Made by a program: the position numbers and the translations under genes. A stretch of DNA of 32,000 bases from Planctopirus limnophila DSM 3776 (GTDB taxonomy: Bacteria; Planctomycetota; Planctomycetia; Planctomycetales; Planctomycetaceae). The DNA lies in assembly GCF_000092105.1 (NCBI RefSeq), contig NC_014148.1, positions 4,500,001-4,532,000 of the forward strand, read 5' to 3'. Below the pieces are notes generated by a model. That model made no database searches, had not been told where the DNA came from, and was given only the letters and a program-made list of their open reading frames with translations. Of this stretch, positions 8,032 through 17,889 are shown one piece after another (positions within the stretch are counted from its first letter, which is position 1; each line of letters begins with the position of its first letter).

Positions 8032-9729
8032 ATGTCGACGGATCCGACAACTCCTCCCGCCGCCCCTACCAACTTCATCCACGAGATCATCGATGGCCAT
8101 AACGCCTCGGGGCGCTTCGGCGGAAAAGTGCACACCCGCTTTCCACCAGAACCCAATGGCTACCTGCACATTGGCCACGCCAAGTCGATCTGCCTGAACT
8201 TCGGCATCGCCAAAAAGTACGGCGGCAAATGCAATCTCCGCTTCGACGACACGAACCCCACCAAAGAAGACATCGAGTACGTCAACTCGATTCAGGAAGA
8301 CGTCCGCTGGCTGGGCTTTGAATGGGACGGCCTGTACTACGCCAGCGATTACTTCGAACAGATCTACCAGTGGGCGGAATTGCTCATTGAAAAGGGTAAG
8401 GCATATGTCGACAGCTCGACACTCGACGAGATTCGCGAACAGCGCGGGACAGTGACTCAGCCTGGTATCGCGAATCAGTATCGCAGTCGGTCGGTCAAGG
8501 AAAACCTGGATCTCTTCCGCCGCATGCGGGCCGGTGAATTCCCGGATGGTGCGCATGTGCTGCGGGCGAAGATCGATATGGCCCATACCAACATGCTGCT
8601 GCGCGACCCGGTCATCTATCGCATCCGGCACGCCCACCATCACCGCACAGGGGATGCCTGGTGTCTGTACCCGATGTACGACTTCGCTCATGGTTACAGC
8701 GATTCCATCGAAGGGATCACTCATTCGATCTGCACGCTCGAATTTGAAATCCACCGGCCACTCTACGACTGGCTGATTGAAGCCGTCGGGATCTATCACC
8801 CCCAGCAGATCGAGTTTGCCCGGCTGAATCTCACTTACACCGTGATGAGCAAGCGCAAATTGCTCGAACTGGTCGAGGCGAAGATTGTCAGCGGCTGGGA
8901 CGACCCCCGTATGCCCACCATCGCCGGTATCCGCCGGCGCGGCTACACACCGGCTGCGATGCGCGACTTCTGCGAAACGATCGGCGTCACCCGCTTTAAC
9001 GGGATGACCGATCTCGTGGTGCTGGAGAATGCCGTCCGGAATGATTTGAACAAATCCGCCCCGCGTGTGATGGGTGTGTTGAAACCGCTCAAGATCGTGC
9101 TGACGAACTATCCCGAAGGTCAGACCGAAGAGTTCGACTGCATCAATAACCCGGAAGATCCGTCGGCTGGCAGCCGGAAGGTGCCGTTCAGCCGGGAGTT
9201 GTATATCGAGCGGGATGACTTTATGGAAGATCCCCCCAAGCAGTTCTTCCGTCTGGCCCCCGGCCGGGAAGTGCGGCTGCGCTGGGCCTATGTCATCAAG
9301 TGCGAAGAGGCGGTCAAGGATCCCGCGACGGGCGAGATCGTCGAGCTGCGCTGCACTTATGATCCTGAGACCAAGGGAGGGAACACACCCGACGGAAGGA
9401 AGATCAAATCGACGATCCACTGGGTCTCGGCCCCGCACGCCTTGAGCACGGAAGTGCGGCTCTACAGCCCGCTCTTCAGTGTCGAGGATCTGGCCTCGAT
9501 CCCCGAGACCGAGGACTGGAAGACCTACCTCAGCCCGACGTCGCTGGTGGTAATCCCCGATGCGAAGCTGGAACCTTCGGTGAAGACGCAAGCCGTCGGC
9601 TACCGCTGCCAATTCGAACGCCTCGGCTACTTCTGCCTCGACCGCGACAGCACGAGCGAAAAGCTGGTCTTCAACCGCACCGTGACGTTGAAGGATGAAT
9701 GGGCCAAGATCCAGAAGAAGGGCGGTTGA
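8032..9729 (+). CDS. glnS: Glutamine--tRNA ligase
   Basis: Class I signatures are present: HIGH ([14 protein letters not shown]) and KMSKS-like (VMSKRKL), plus typical GlnRS blocks (RFDDTNP, YDFAH, TLEFE). Start is the ATG at 8032 ([21 protein letters not shown]). The ORF-track extension from 7891 is rejected. Confidence 0.95.
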   Translation: MSTDPTTPPAAPTNFIHEIIDGHNASGRFGGKVHTRFPPEPNGYLHIGHAKSICLNFGIAKKYGGKCNLRFDDTNPTKEDIEYVNSIQEDVRWLGFEWDGLYYASDYFEQIYQWAELLIEKGKAYVDSSTLDEIREQRGTVTQPGIANQYRSRSVKENLDLFRRMRAGEFPDGAHVLRAKIDMAHTNMLLRDPVIYRIRHAHHHRTGDAWCLYPMYDFAHGYSDSIEGITHSICTLEFEIHRPLYDWLIEAVGIYHPQQIEFARLNLTYTVMSKRKLLELVEAKIVSGWDDPRMPTIAGIRRRGYTPAAMRDFCETIGVTRFNGMTDLVVLENAVRNDLNKSAPRVMGVLKPLKIVLTNYPEGQTEEFDCINNPEDPSAGSRKVPFSRELYIERDDFMEDPPKQFFRLAPGREVRLRWAYVIKCEEAVKDPATGEIVELRCTYDPETKGGNTPDGRKIKSTIHWVSAPHALSTEVRLYSPLFSVEDLASIPETEDWKTYLSPTSLVVIPDAKLEPSVKTQAVGYRCQFERLGYFCLDRDSTSEKLVFNRTVTLKDEWAKIQKKGG

Positions 9730-9750
9730 GCCGTTTGTGGAGTGCCATTT

Positions 9751-9780
9751 GTAGGGTGCATGAAGTCCCCGGAATGCACC
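9751..9780 (+). other. GTAG tetranucleotide followed by a 7-bp palindrome (REP-like, or a weak terminator for glnS)
   Basis: GTAG then GGTGCAT-gaagtccccgga-ATGCACC, 22 nt after the glnS stop. No T-tract follows. Confidence 0.3.
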
Positions 9781-9837
9781 AATTCAGCGATCATCACAGT
9801 TGTAGGCGACACTGCCGGAGCATGTGCAAGGTGAACC

Positions 9838-9865
9838 TTGACACAACTTTTGCGTCAGGTATCAA
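9838..9865 (+). promoter_or_regulatory. Sigma-70-like promoter candidate for the 9911-12150 cassette
   Basis: TTGACA (9838-9843), a 16-nt spacer, then TATCAA (9860-9865). It sits 46 nt upstream of the first possible start. Confidence 0.25.
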
Positions 9866-9910
9866 AACGTTACCGACAATGTGATGATCGTTAATTGAAG
9901 TGAGGTGTGA

Positions 9911-11227
9911 TTGAAGTTTGTCGACTTTTCACCGCCGCCAATGCCCACGTTAGAGCAACAGCGGGATGCGCTGCAAAAGGGACTTGGTCGAGCCCGGTTG
10001 TGGGCCGAGCGGGGATGTCTTGATCATGATGTGCTTATCAATGCTTGTCTGCGAGACTTGCGATACGATCGCCAATGTGAAGGTTGTCGTGGTGAATGGC
10101 TGTGGGGATTGGTTACCGCCGCTGGCGTGATCGAAAAATTCGAAGCACCACTTCTTCAAGCACTGCGAAGTCTATCGCCTGAGAATGATCAAGCCGCGAG
10201 ACAGCTCTGTGAGTTGGCGTTCCACTATGCAAAGAGGGGGCGACAAGAGTTTCGTGATGTCCTCTACTCCATTGTCGCGACAACACCACTGCCCGACAAT
10301 CGGTCGATCGGGGAAAGTCAATTACTCGCTTTGGATGGCGAAGCCGCTTTCCGGTTGATTGCCTTCACCCGCGGGCGATATCTGGAGACAAATGCCGCCG
10401 ACTGGGACGATGCTCATGTGGTGACGGAGGCGATGGAAATCTGCGGCGAAGAGCGGATCCTTGAGATCATGGCGACGTTTTCCGACCCTGACCGACTGCG
10501 TTTCGCGGAGATATACCATTGCGAAAAGAAAGCCGAAGAGGAACAGAAAGATCGTCCCAGGTTGAATGATACGCAAGTCAAATCGGTGGCCGATGTCGTG
10601 GCCGCAGCTCGGGAGGAACCTCGCGGCCATTGGTTAATCACTTGGGGCCAATCCGCAAGTGAAGATGACTTGAATCAGGTTTGGGAAGTGATTCGAGTCG
10701 CATCCGAGCCAAAGGTGCTGGCCCACTTATTGAAGGTCTTCCGCAGACGGGCATTGCCACAATTTGATGAACGGCTGATTGAACTTTGCGAACATTCTGA
10801 TGGCGATGTGCGGGAGCGGGCATTTATCGCTTTGGGGCAAAACACTGACTCCCGAATTCGCTTGTTCGCTGTTGAAGAAATCACAGGGCCTGATCGAAAC
10901 ATCCATGCCGTTCCACTGCTTCAACGGAATTTCCAAGCCGGTGACGAACAACTCCTCTGTGACTTCGTGGAGACTCCCGATGACGCGGAAGAACGACACA
11001 GCCTTCTGATGGATATTCGGAATATCCTGCAAGAGAACATGGAATCCCGAGTGGAGGAACTCGCGCAAGTCATTTACTTCCACACGCCCTGCGCGATTTG
11101 CCGTGACGCTGCGATTGAACTGCTCGAAGAGGACGGCACCCTGCCGGGTTGGATGGCCGAAGAGGCAATACACGATTCGCAAGATAGCTATAGAAAACGA
11201 CGGTGCGAGCAAACAAAAGCAGAATAA
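9911..11227 (+). CDS. Hypothetical protein with HEAT-like repeats and two CxxC pairs
   Basis: 438-aa ORF. HEAT-like segment is LIELCEHSDGDVRERAFIALGQNTDSRIRLFAVEEI. CxxC pairs are CEGC near the N-terminus and CAIC near the C-terminus. The start is TTG at 9911 or ATG at 9944. Stop is TAA at 11225-11227. Confidence 0.75.
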   Translation: MKFVDFSPPPMPTLEQQRDALQKGLGRARLWAERGCLDHDVLINACLRDLRYDRQCEGCRGEWLWGLVTAAGVIEKFEAPLLQALRSLSPENDQAARQLCELAFHYAKRGRQEFRDVLYSIVATTPLPDNRSIGESQLLALDGEAAFRLIAFTRGRYLETNAADWDDAHVVTEAMEICGEERILEIMATFSDPDRLRFAEIYHCEKKAEEEQKDRPRLNDTQVKSVADVVAAAREEPRGHWLITWGQSASEDDLNQVWEVIRVASEPKVLAHLLKVFRRRALPQFDERLIELCEHSDGDVRERAFIALGQNTDSRIRLFAVEEITGPDRNIHAVPLLQRNFQAGDEQLLCDFVETPDDAEERHSLLMDIRNILQENMESRVEELAQVIYFHTPCAICRDAAIELLEEDGTLPGWMAEEAIHDSQDSYRKRRCEQTKAE

Positions 11228-11229
11228 CG

Positions 11230-11613
11230 ATGATCTATGGAAGTCGCTGGTTTCGGGCGAAGAATCGTATGATTGAAGTTTGGGACGAAGAAAAGGCGAT
11301 GCGAGCTCATTGGGAGAAGCAACCCTATGCAGTCCTGATTGAAAGTGGAAATATTCCGCGTTGCTTCCTGGAGATAGGAGGCGATTATGTTGGTGTCGGA
11401 TTTCTGGATGAGCATAAGAGAGAGTTTCTGAGCTATCAGTTTCAGGAGGTTGAAGCCGGACGTCTTTTTCTCACTATGGCAAACCATCGAAAATTCGAAG
11501 GCGAGGGCGACCATATCATCGAAGGGACGACGTACTACTTTCAAGCGGACGGCGGTTTAACCATAGAGACGGAAGATTTTTCGACCGCTGTGGTTTCTAC
11601 CAAGAAGACATAG
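11230..11613 (+). CDS. Hypothetical small protein (127 aa)
   Basis: The ATG at 11230 is 2 nt after the upstream stop. No domain recognised. It ends at TAG 11611-11613, and the same frame stays open for 24 more codons. Confidence 0.65.
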   Translation: MIYGSRWFRAKNRMIEVWDEEKAMRAHWEKQPYAVLIESGNIPRCFLEIGGDYVGVGFLDEHKREFLSYQFQEVEAGRLFLTMANHRKFEGEGDHIIEGTTYYFQADGGLTIETEDFSTAVVSTKKT

Positions 11614-11766
11614 GTGAATGTCGACCGGAACTGGGAAGCTTATCCGGAGTTTGGCAGCTATGATTTCATTACTCGAGTGAATCGATAATTTAAATATTAC
11701 TATTGTCACACAATTGTGGAAGTCTTCGTGTACCTAAAGATTTTTTGTGCTCTTGAACTCCCCCTC

Positions 11767-12150
11767 ATGGGCATGCGGCTTACTAAAGAAACCAATTCGG
11801 AGTCATTTGAGCATGACTCTGAAAATGTCTACGAGTGGATGTGGTTGACTCTTAAAAATCTGCCGTTTGCGTTGAATGTCTCTCGCGAACATGGATGGGC
11901 TGGCATTGACGATGAGACCGAATCTACCGCGACCACTGAAGGATTGAATACTCTTGTGAAACCTGGACCCGTTTACTTTTTTGGCTGGGATCGCTCGACA
12001 GACTCATACATCGATGAACTCCCGGATTGGTTGCCACAGGTTGTGGCAGACCGCCTCGATATGGATGTGTTCGTTTACAACGGACGACGCAGCGTCGAGA
12101 TTCCAGATTGCGTGCCTGCGGCAATAATTCGGCCTCATCAAAAAAGGTGA
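11767..12150 (+). CDS. Hypothetical small acidic protein (127 aa from the ATG at 11767)
   Basis: ORF-track ORF 11716..12150 starts at a GTG. I prefer the ATG at 11767 (MGMRLTKETNSE). It is preceded by an AT-rich spacer. No domain recognised. Confidence 0.6.
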   Translation: MGMRLTKETNSESFEHDSENVYEWMWLTLKNLPFALNVSREHGWAGIDDETESTATTEGLNTLVKPGPVYFFGWDRSTDSYIDELPDWLPQVVADRLDMDVFVYNGRRSVEIPDCVPAAIIRPHQKR

Positions 12151-12193
12151 TTTCTACGAAGATATGCCGGCAAGCCTTATATTGCATAGTCGT

Positions 12194-12222
12194 GTAGCCG
12201 AACCGGCAGGTGGGAGCCTGCC
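12194..12222 (+). repeat. REP-like unit: GTAG plus GGCAGG/CCTGCC palindrome
   Basis: GTAG (12194-12197) is followed by GGCAGG-tgggag-CCTGCC (12205-12222). A related unit in the opposite orientation lies at 13078-13099. Confidence 0.35.
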
Positions 12223-12255
12223 CGACGAAGTTGCTGCACTCAACAAGGAATGAGA

Positions 12256-12906
12256 ATGTATACGCCGTCGTACTTCGAGGAGACGCGGGTGGGAGTTCTG
12301 CACGATTTGATCGAGCGGCACTCGCTCGGCGTGCTCGTCACGCATGGCGGCGGCGGGTTGGATGCGAATCATCTGCCGTTCGATTTGCAACGCGACGGGG
12401 GGCCGTTGGGTGTGCTGCATTGCCATGTCGCGCGGGTCAATCCGGTCTGGCGGGAGCTATCTGACGGCGACGAGGTGCTGGTCGTCTTCCGGGCGGGGGA
12501 GGCCTATATATCGCCCAACTGGTATCCCAGCAAGCACGAACGCCACAAGCAGGTTCCCACCTGGAACTACATCGTCGCGCACGCCCATGGGAAGGTGACC
12601 ATCCGCGACAACGCTGAGTACATCCGGGGAGTCGTCGAGCGGTTGACCTGCCGGCACGAAGCGTCGCAGGCCATCCCGTGGAGCATGAGCGACAGTTCCG
12701 AAAGCTTCATCAACACGCTCCTCCAGGGGATCGTCGGCATCGAGATCCAAGTCACCCGCCTGATTGGCAAATCGAAGCTGAGCCAGAACAAGGAGGTGCG
12801 GGACATCCTCGGTGCGGGGGAAGCGCTCCAGGCGCTGGGAGAACAGCATATTAGTGCGGCGATGCTGGATCATGCTCGCACAATGGGGGAACCGGGAACA
12901 ACGTGA
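12256..12906 (+). CDS. paiB: FMN-binding negative transcriptional regulator, PaiB family
   Basis: The MYTPSYFEE N-terminus, HLPF, ISPNWYPSK, VPTWNY and KLSQN blocks are typical of PaiB. AAGGA lies 6 nt before the ATG at 12256. An ATG at 12250 is also possible. Confidence 0.9.
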   Translation: MYTPSYFEETRVGVLHDLIERHSLGVLVTHGGGGLDANHLPFDLQRDGGPLGVLHCHVARVNPVWRELSDGDEVLVVFRAGEAYISPNWYPSKHERHKQVPTWNYIVAHAHGKVTIRDNAEYIRGVVERLTCRHEASQAIPWSMSDSSESFINTLLQGIVGIEIQVTRLIGKSKLSQNKEVRDILGAGEALQALGEQHISAAMLDHARTMGEPGTT

Positions 12907-13077
12907 GCGCAGAATCTGCCCCTACGATATCTAGGTGAATTCCATTCTGTTTGGAATCATCGCAATCGGCAGCTTTCGGTTGATTGTCAAACGCCTTGGT
13001 ACGAATGATGGCGCAACCACACGTGATCACTCTCAATTGTGAAGGCCACGTGCTGGCACAAGGCCTTCAATTCCATC

Positions 13078-13099
13078 GGCAGGCAGGAGCCTGCCCTAC
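13078..13099 (-). repeat. REP-like unit: GGCAGGC/GCCTGCC palindrome followed by CTAC
   Basis: GGCAGGC-agga-GCCTGCC-CTAC, with further CTAC copies within the next 25 nt. An 8-bp hairpin TGAAGGCC/GGCCTTCA lies just upstream at 13040-13069. It sits in the convergent gap between paiB and the lipoprotein gene. Confidence 0.35.
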
Positions 13100-13130
13100 A
13101 TTGCTGCCCTACTTGCTACATTACTGGCCA

Positions 13131-13595
13131 TCAATCGGCTTTTAATTCGAGCTTGATGTCGGTGTTCCCTTTTTCGTCGAGGGTGACGGTTAATGGGGTT
13201 TTCTTGGCGTCGGTGTATTTCGCAGGCACGAGCGAGACGGGTTTGGCTTCGGGGATGGCCGGTGAATCGTGGCTGGCCGGTGTCGAGGGGGCTTCCGGCA
13301 TCGGGGCATTCTTGGTGACAGTCACCTTGTAAGTCCCTGGAACTGCACCGGGATCAGGTGGGAAAGCCTTCGCATCAAACTGACCCGCGGCGTTGGTGGC
13401 ACTGGACGCCGCTGTGCCGCCGGTGGGTGGTACAAAGATCACAATGGCACCAGCGAGTGGCTCGCCGTTATAGGTGACAACCCCCTGGGCGGGAACGGTT
13501 TTCGGTCTTTGGGCTTTGAACTTATCATTACCACCGCCGCAACCCAGGCTGAGGACGATGGCGAGAGGACAGACGAGTAAAGCAAGGTTTCGCAT
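13131..13595 (-). CDS. Small lipoprotein with carboxypeptidase-regulatory-like beta-sandwich, the usual partner of DUF1559 proteins
   Basis: Signal peptide with lipobox LSLGC. The segment GVVTYNGEPLAGAIVIFVP...ATNAAGQF is typical of the small lipoproteins encoded downstream of planctomycetal DUF1559 genes. Confidence 0.85.
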   Translation of the reverse strand: MRNLALLVCPLAIVLSLGCGGGNDKFKAQRPKTVPAQGVVTYNGEPLAGAIVIFVPPTGGTAASSATNAAGQFDAKAFPPDPGAVPGTYKVTVTKNAPMPEAPSTPASHDSPAIPEAKPVSLVPAKYTDAKKTPLTVTLDEKGNTDIKLELKAD

Positions 13596-13667
13596 CAGGT
13601 GATCCTTGAGCTGCCAATGGATCGATCGATAGCCATCGGTGTTATTCGTATAGAAACGTCAGAAAGA

Positions 13668-13714
13668 CGTTAAGGCACATACCCCTCGATGATCCAAGGG
13701 GACATGCCTTAACG
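13668..13714. other. Long imperfect hairpin in the spacer between the DUF1559 and lipoprotein genes
   Basis: CGTTAAGGCA-cat-a-CCCCT-cgatgatcca-AGGGG-a-ca-TGCCTTAACG. The outer arms are 10 bp and the inner arms 5 bp. Confidence 0.4.
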
Positions 13715-13822
13715 CTCGAGGTGAGATGGGTCGAGAAGCTGATACGTATCAATCGCGAGGGTCGTTAAGCCGTATGATCATCGCGGGTTGATACGCATCG
13801 TATGTGTCGAGTATCACTTATT

Positions 13823-13890
13823 CATGTTTGCCCAAGGCTGCAAGCATGGCACTGTTCTGCAAGCAGAACTCTATGCTGCAAGCATGGCAC
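13823..13890. repeat. Family-3 palindrome (CATGTTTGC-ccaaggct-GCAAGCATG) plus a second GCAAGCATGGCAC half-site
   Basis: Same architecture and loop type (yCArrGCy) as 21877-21902 and 23513-23538. The second half-site is at 13878-13890. Confidence 0.6.
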
Positions 13891-13937
13891 CCTGGGTAAA
13901 CATGCACAGGATAAATGAGACTAGTCAACCGGCGAAA

Positions 13938-15002
13938 TTAGAACTCACCTGTGGTTTCGCCACCAGCGCGAGAGCCAAGGGCGCCCCAGACGCCGTAAGG
14001 CGATGGGCCGCCAGCGGTCGAGCCCATCCAGGCGGCGGACTGATCGCCAGTGTTGATGTTTTCGCTGATGAACCGGACGGCACCATCAGTCATGAGAGCA
14101 TGGGCTCCGCCTGTGTGTCGGCTGCCAGCCGTGTTGACAGTGCCGTTCCAGTGGCTGTGGCCAGCATTCTGCGTGCAGGAAGGGCCATTGGGAGCAATGG
14201 CGGTGGTGAAGCCATTAAAGAAGCCGCCTCCATCACCCCAGCGATAACCCCACGAAGTATCGCCCGTCCAGCCACCACCAGGGAACGTCCCTGTGGCCCG
14301 GTCGAAGAGAGCCGTGCAGGCTGCCGGGTTAGCAATACCGGCAGTGGCTGAGACCATACCGCGGGTGTTGGTACCGGTAGGTCGAACACCTTCGGCCATC
14401 GCAATGGTATTGCTGGTACCATCAAGGGCGTCGCGAACACCGTAGCAGACAAGGGAGCCGAACATGCCGCGGGATTGAACCACAATTGGAGTGGCTGAAC
14501 TTCCATTTCCACCCGATGAAGAAATGCTGTCACCGCTGCAGAACATATAATTGTACCGGCCAATCAGACCACCTGCCGGTGGGCCAGACAGCGTGTCTGA
14601 TGGACACATGATAGCGGGCAGATCGCGCACCCAGTAAGTTCCGCCGGCCCAGGGAACCTGAGTTCCTGTCTGAATCTGCTGGTAGAGAGGGGTCTGGTCA
14701 AGATATGGCAACAGGCTCACCATCCCACTAATTCGTGAACGCAGGTGAGATTCAGGCTGACCACCCAGTGGAATCCCGGGACCTGCCTGCCTTGGGGCGA
14801 ACATACCAAAAGTGTCGTGGTAGTTGTGGAGGGCCAGACCCAATTGCTTGAGGTTGTTGCGGCACTGCGTGCGGCGAGCCGCTTCACGGGCCTGCTGAAC
14901 GGCAGGTAGAAGCAGGGCAATCAGGATCGCAATAATCGCGATCACAACGAGGAGTTCAATGAGTGTGAACCCTCTGCGGTTAAGACGGGGGAAATGGGAC
15001 AT
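13938..15002 (-). CDS. DUF1559 domain protein with type II secretion/prepilin-type N-terminal cleavage-methylation motif
   Basis: N-terminus is [55 protein letters not shown]. The C-terminal motif is [23 protein letters not shown]. Both are hallmarks of this planctomycetal family. Confidence 0.95.
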   Translation of the reverse strand: MSHFPRLNRRGFTLIELLVVIAIIAILIALLLPAVQQAREAARRTQCRNNLKQLGLALHNYHDTFGMFAPRQAGPGIPLGGQPESHLRSRISGMVSLLPYLDQTPLYQQIQTGTQVPWAGGTYWVRDLPAIMCPSDTLSGPPAGGLIGRYNYMFCSGDSISSSGGNGSSATPIVVQSRGMFGSLVCYGVRDALDGTSNTIAMAEGVRPTGTNTRGMVSATAGIANPAACTALFDRATGTFPGGGWTGDTSWGYRWGDGGGFFNGFTTAIAPNGPSCTQNAGHSHWNGTVNTAGSRHTGGAHALMTDGAVRFISENINTGDQSAAWMGSTAGGPSPYGVWGALGSRAGGETTGEF

Positions 15003-15486
15003 GTGAGACTCCGAAGAAAAGTAGGGAGAGAAGACATTTCCGAATGGAAGATGGTGGAATCACCAATAAAGCATCTCCTTATCGTATCGATAGTGATCTA
15101 TGCGTCAATTTGTTGGAGGCCACATCCCGATTTTTTTTGTAAAAAAACCTTTAATCCCTGAATTTGCGCGGAACTTTTTCGAAAACTTGTGTTTTTCAGT
15201 CTCCCCAATTGAGTTTCCTTACGGGAAATCCTCGGGTTTCGAAGCTGCAACTCATCTCCGCACCTGTGCCTATGTTTTGTGCGAATTTCTCTGCCACTTT
15301 TCTTTGAGCCCGGTTTTTATGGGGTCAATTTGGCTGAATTCTTGGCTGTCAGAGCGAATCGTGACCTGATGGAGCGCTGACTGCTGGATGAATAGGCATT
15401 CCGTTTGCGACTGATGACTTTTCACGTCGATTTCCCAATCTTCCGGGAGAAATCCTTTTCTCCCGCCGTTAGACTGCCGTCACAGA

Positions 15487-15524
15487 ATCGACTGTGGGCA
15501 TTCGACTGTGGATATTCGACCTGG
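15487..15524 (+). promoter_or_regulatory. Three tandem 14-nt direct repeats upstream of glgP
   Basis: ATCGACTGTGG (15487), TTCGACTGTGG (15501) and TTCGACCTGG (15515), with 14-nt spacing. They lie about 90-125 nt upstream of the ATG at 15613. Confidence 0.25.
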
Positions 15525-15612
15525 CAGTCTCCCGGAGATCCTGTGAACAGCAGTTGGCTCAGCAAGAGACATTTGGAAACAAGACACCCCTGCAAAAGAG
15601 GACGAGCTGTAC

Positions 15613-17754
15613 ATGGCCAAGACATTTCGGGACAAGCTCTGCGCATTGGCACGCAATTACTGGTGGTGCTGGCAACCAGATGTGACCTCGATCTTTCGTG
15701 ATCTCGACGCTGCCAAGTGGCGCGAACTCGATCACAACCCGGTTCTGCTGCTGGAGAGTTTGACGGAAGATCTCCTCGAACAGCGGGCTCGCGAGTCTGT
15801 GCTGCATTCACGCGTCAACTACGCTTACCGCCGGTGCGAAGAATACCTGCACGATAAGAATACGTGGGGGGCGCTCAATGCCGGTATTCTGGGTCAGAAG
15901 CCGGTGGCCTATTTCTCGGCTGAGTTCGGCATTCACGAATCGCTGCCCAATTACTCCGGTGGTCTGGGTGTGCTGGCCGGGGATCATCTCAAGAGTGCAT
16001 CTGACCTGGGTGTTCCTCTGGTGGCGGTGGGGCTCCTTTATAATGAGGGCTATTTCTCGCAGCAGATCGATGAAGATGGCTGGCAGCGCGAAATTTATGA
16101 TCCTGTCAGTAATCACCGGCTCCCCATCCAGAAAGCCAAAGGTCTGGATGGCAAGGATGTGATCGTCAAAGTGGATACCCGCACGGGTTCAATCTACGCG
16201 CAGGCCTGGCAAGTCAATGTGGGCCGCGTGCGTCTGTTCCTGCTGGATACGAATATCGAGCAGAACACACCCGAAGATCGCCGCCTGACAGCCCGTCTTT
16301 ACGGCGGTGACGTGCGGATTCGTATCCGTCAGGAAGTCATCCTCGGGATTGGTGGCGTGCGTGCTTTGGCACAGATGGGGATTGTTCCCAATGTTGTCCA
16401 TATGAACGAAGGCCACTCGGCTTTTGCCACACTCGAACTCATTCGCCAGCGGATGAATGATGATGGCATGTCCTTTACAGACGCCATGCGTGAAACGACG
16501 GAAATGTGTGTCTTCACCACACATACGCCCGTGCCCGCAGGTCATGACCGTTTCGGTTACGACATGATCGACGAGCACCTGGGGCCAACGGCTGATCAAC
16601 TGGGTATTGGCACGGTGGGGCTGATTGGTTTGGGCCGCGTGAATGTGGCTGATGCCAATGAGCCATTTACCATGACAGTGCTGGCATTCAAGTGCAGTCG
16701 CCGGGCGAACGGGGTTTCGGCATTGCATGGTATGGTGAGTCGCCGCATGTGGACGGGCTTGTGGCCCAATAAAGCCGAGCACGAAATCCCCATTGGTCAC
16801 ATTACGAACGGTGTGCACCTGGGGACGTGGCTGGCGCCGCAGCTGGCCGAAGTCTACAACCGCGTGCTGCCACCGGATTGGAAGCAGCGCAGTGGTGAAG
16901 CCGACACCTGGAAGAACTTTGAGAGCATTTCGAGCGGGGAATTCTGGGAAGCTCACGAAGCTCTCAAGCAGCGTCTGATTGCGATGGTTCGCCGCCGGAT
17001 GATCACTCGTGCTCAAAGGCTCAACCACGACAAGAAAGAGTTGATCGAGCTGGAATCGCTGCTGAATCCGGAAGCATTAACGATTGGTTTTGCCCGCCGG
17101 TTTGCTCCCTACAAGCGAGCCGATCTGGTGCTGAAAGACGTGGCTCAGCTGGCAGGGATCGTGGCCGATTCCGAGCGTCCTGTGCAACTGATTTTCGCTG
17201 GTAAGAGCCACCCGGCCGACGATTTCGGCAAGGGGATCTTGCAGCGGATCTTCAAGATGTCGCAAGACCCGGCGTTCAAGGGGAAAGTGGTTCTCGTCGA
17301 GAACTACGATATGAACCTGGCCCGGCACCTTGTTCAAGGTGTGGATGTGTGGCTCAATAACCCACGACGTCCTCTGGAAGCTTCGGGGACGAGTGGTCAG
17401 AAGGTGGTCCTCAATGGTGGCCTTAACTGCTCGATTCTCGATGGCTGGTGGGCGGAGGCTTACGATGGTCTCAACGGTTTCGCGATTGGGAATGGTCGTA
17501 TTCATTCGAACCAGGAAATTCAGGATGAGCGCGATGCGAAGTCGCTGATGAAGGTTCTTCAGGAAGAAGTGATTCCGCTCTTCTACGACCGCGACGAGCA
17601 TGGCCAGCCACACAACTGGATCAAGCACATGAAGCGGTCAGTCCGTACCCTTGGCTGGCGATTCAACAGCGATCGTCAGGTTATGGATTACGTAATGAAG
17701 GGCTACATTCCCGCAGCAGGTGGCGAGTACTGCGAAATGGACCGCTTCCACTAA
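15613..17754 (+). CDS. glgP: Alpha-glucan family phosphorylase (GT35, GlgP-type)
   Basis: N-terminal [11 protein letters not shown] block, [18 protein letters not shown], and the PLP-lysine region [25 protein letters not shown]. Confidence 0.95.
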   Translation: MAKTFRDKLCALARNYWWCWQPDVTSIFRDLDAAKWRELDHNPVLLLESLTEDLLEQRARESVLHSRVNYAYRRCEEYLHDKNTWGALNAGILGQKPVAYFSAEFGIHESLPNYSGGLGVLAGDHLKSASDLGVPLVAVGLLYNEGYFSQQIDEDGWQREIYDPVSNHRLPIQKAKGLDGKDVIVKVDTRTGSIYAQAWQVNVGRVRLFLLDTNIEQNTPEDRRLTARLYGGDVRIRIRQEVILGIGGVRALAQMGIVPNVVHMNEGHSAFATLELIRQRMNDDGMSFTDAMRETTEMCVFTTHTPVPAGHDRFGYDMIDEHLGPTADQLGIGTVGLIGLGRVNVADANEPFTMTVLAFKCSRRANGVSALHGMVSRRMWTGLWPNKAEHEIPIGHITNGVHLGTWLAPQLAEVYNRVLPPDWKQRSGEADTWKNFESISSGEFWEAHEALKQRLIAMVRRRMITRAQRLNHDKKELIELESLLNPEALTIGFARRFAPYKRADLVLKDVAQLAGIVADSERPVQLIFAGKSHPADDFGKGILQRIFKMSQDPAFKGKVVLVENYDMNLARHLVQGVDVWLNNPRRPLEASGTSGQKVVLNGGLNCSILDGWWAEAYDGLNGFAIGNGRIHSNQEIQDERDAKSLMKVLQEEVIPLFYDRDEHGQPHNWIKHMKRSVRTLGWRFNSDRQVMDYVMKGYIPAAGGEYCEMDRFH

Positions 17755-17820
17755 GCCCGACTCTCGTGGTCAACTCTCAAGAAGTTGGCTGCGGGCTGGG
17801 ACAGGCAAATGATCGACTCC

Positions 17821-17862
17821 AAGACAGCCTGGATCTCGCAAGAGACCCAGGCTGTTTTTATT
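17821..17862 (+). terminator. Intrinsic terminator downstream of glgP
   Basis: ACAGCCTGG-a-TCTC-GCAA-GAGA-c-CCAGGCTGT followed by TTTTATTT. This is 9 bp plus 4 bp of stem closed by a GNRA-type GCAA loop. Confidence 0.6.
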
Positions 17863-17889
17863 TGCAGGCGGGTGATAGGTATCGCTTGG

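Noticed and set aside
11611-11613. The TAG as a programmed pyrrolysine or recoding site.
   Set aside because: There is nothing in the window (no pyl genes, no recoding structure that I can see) to support this. A nonsense mutation or a true stop is the simpler explanation.
15131-15147. The T8-G-T-A7 tract as a hairpin or terminator.
   Set aside because: Its arms could pair only around a 2-nt loop, which is sterically implausible. It is more likely an AT-rich promoter or UP-element-like tract in the divergent region.
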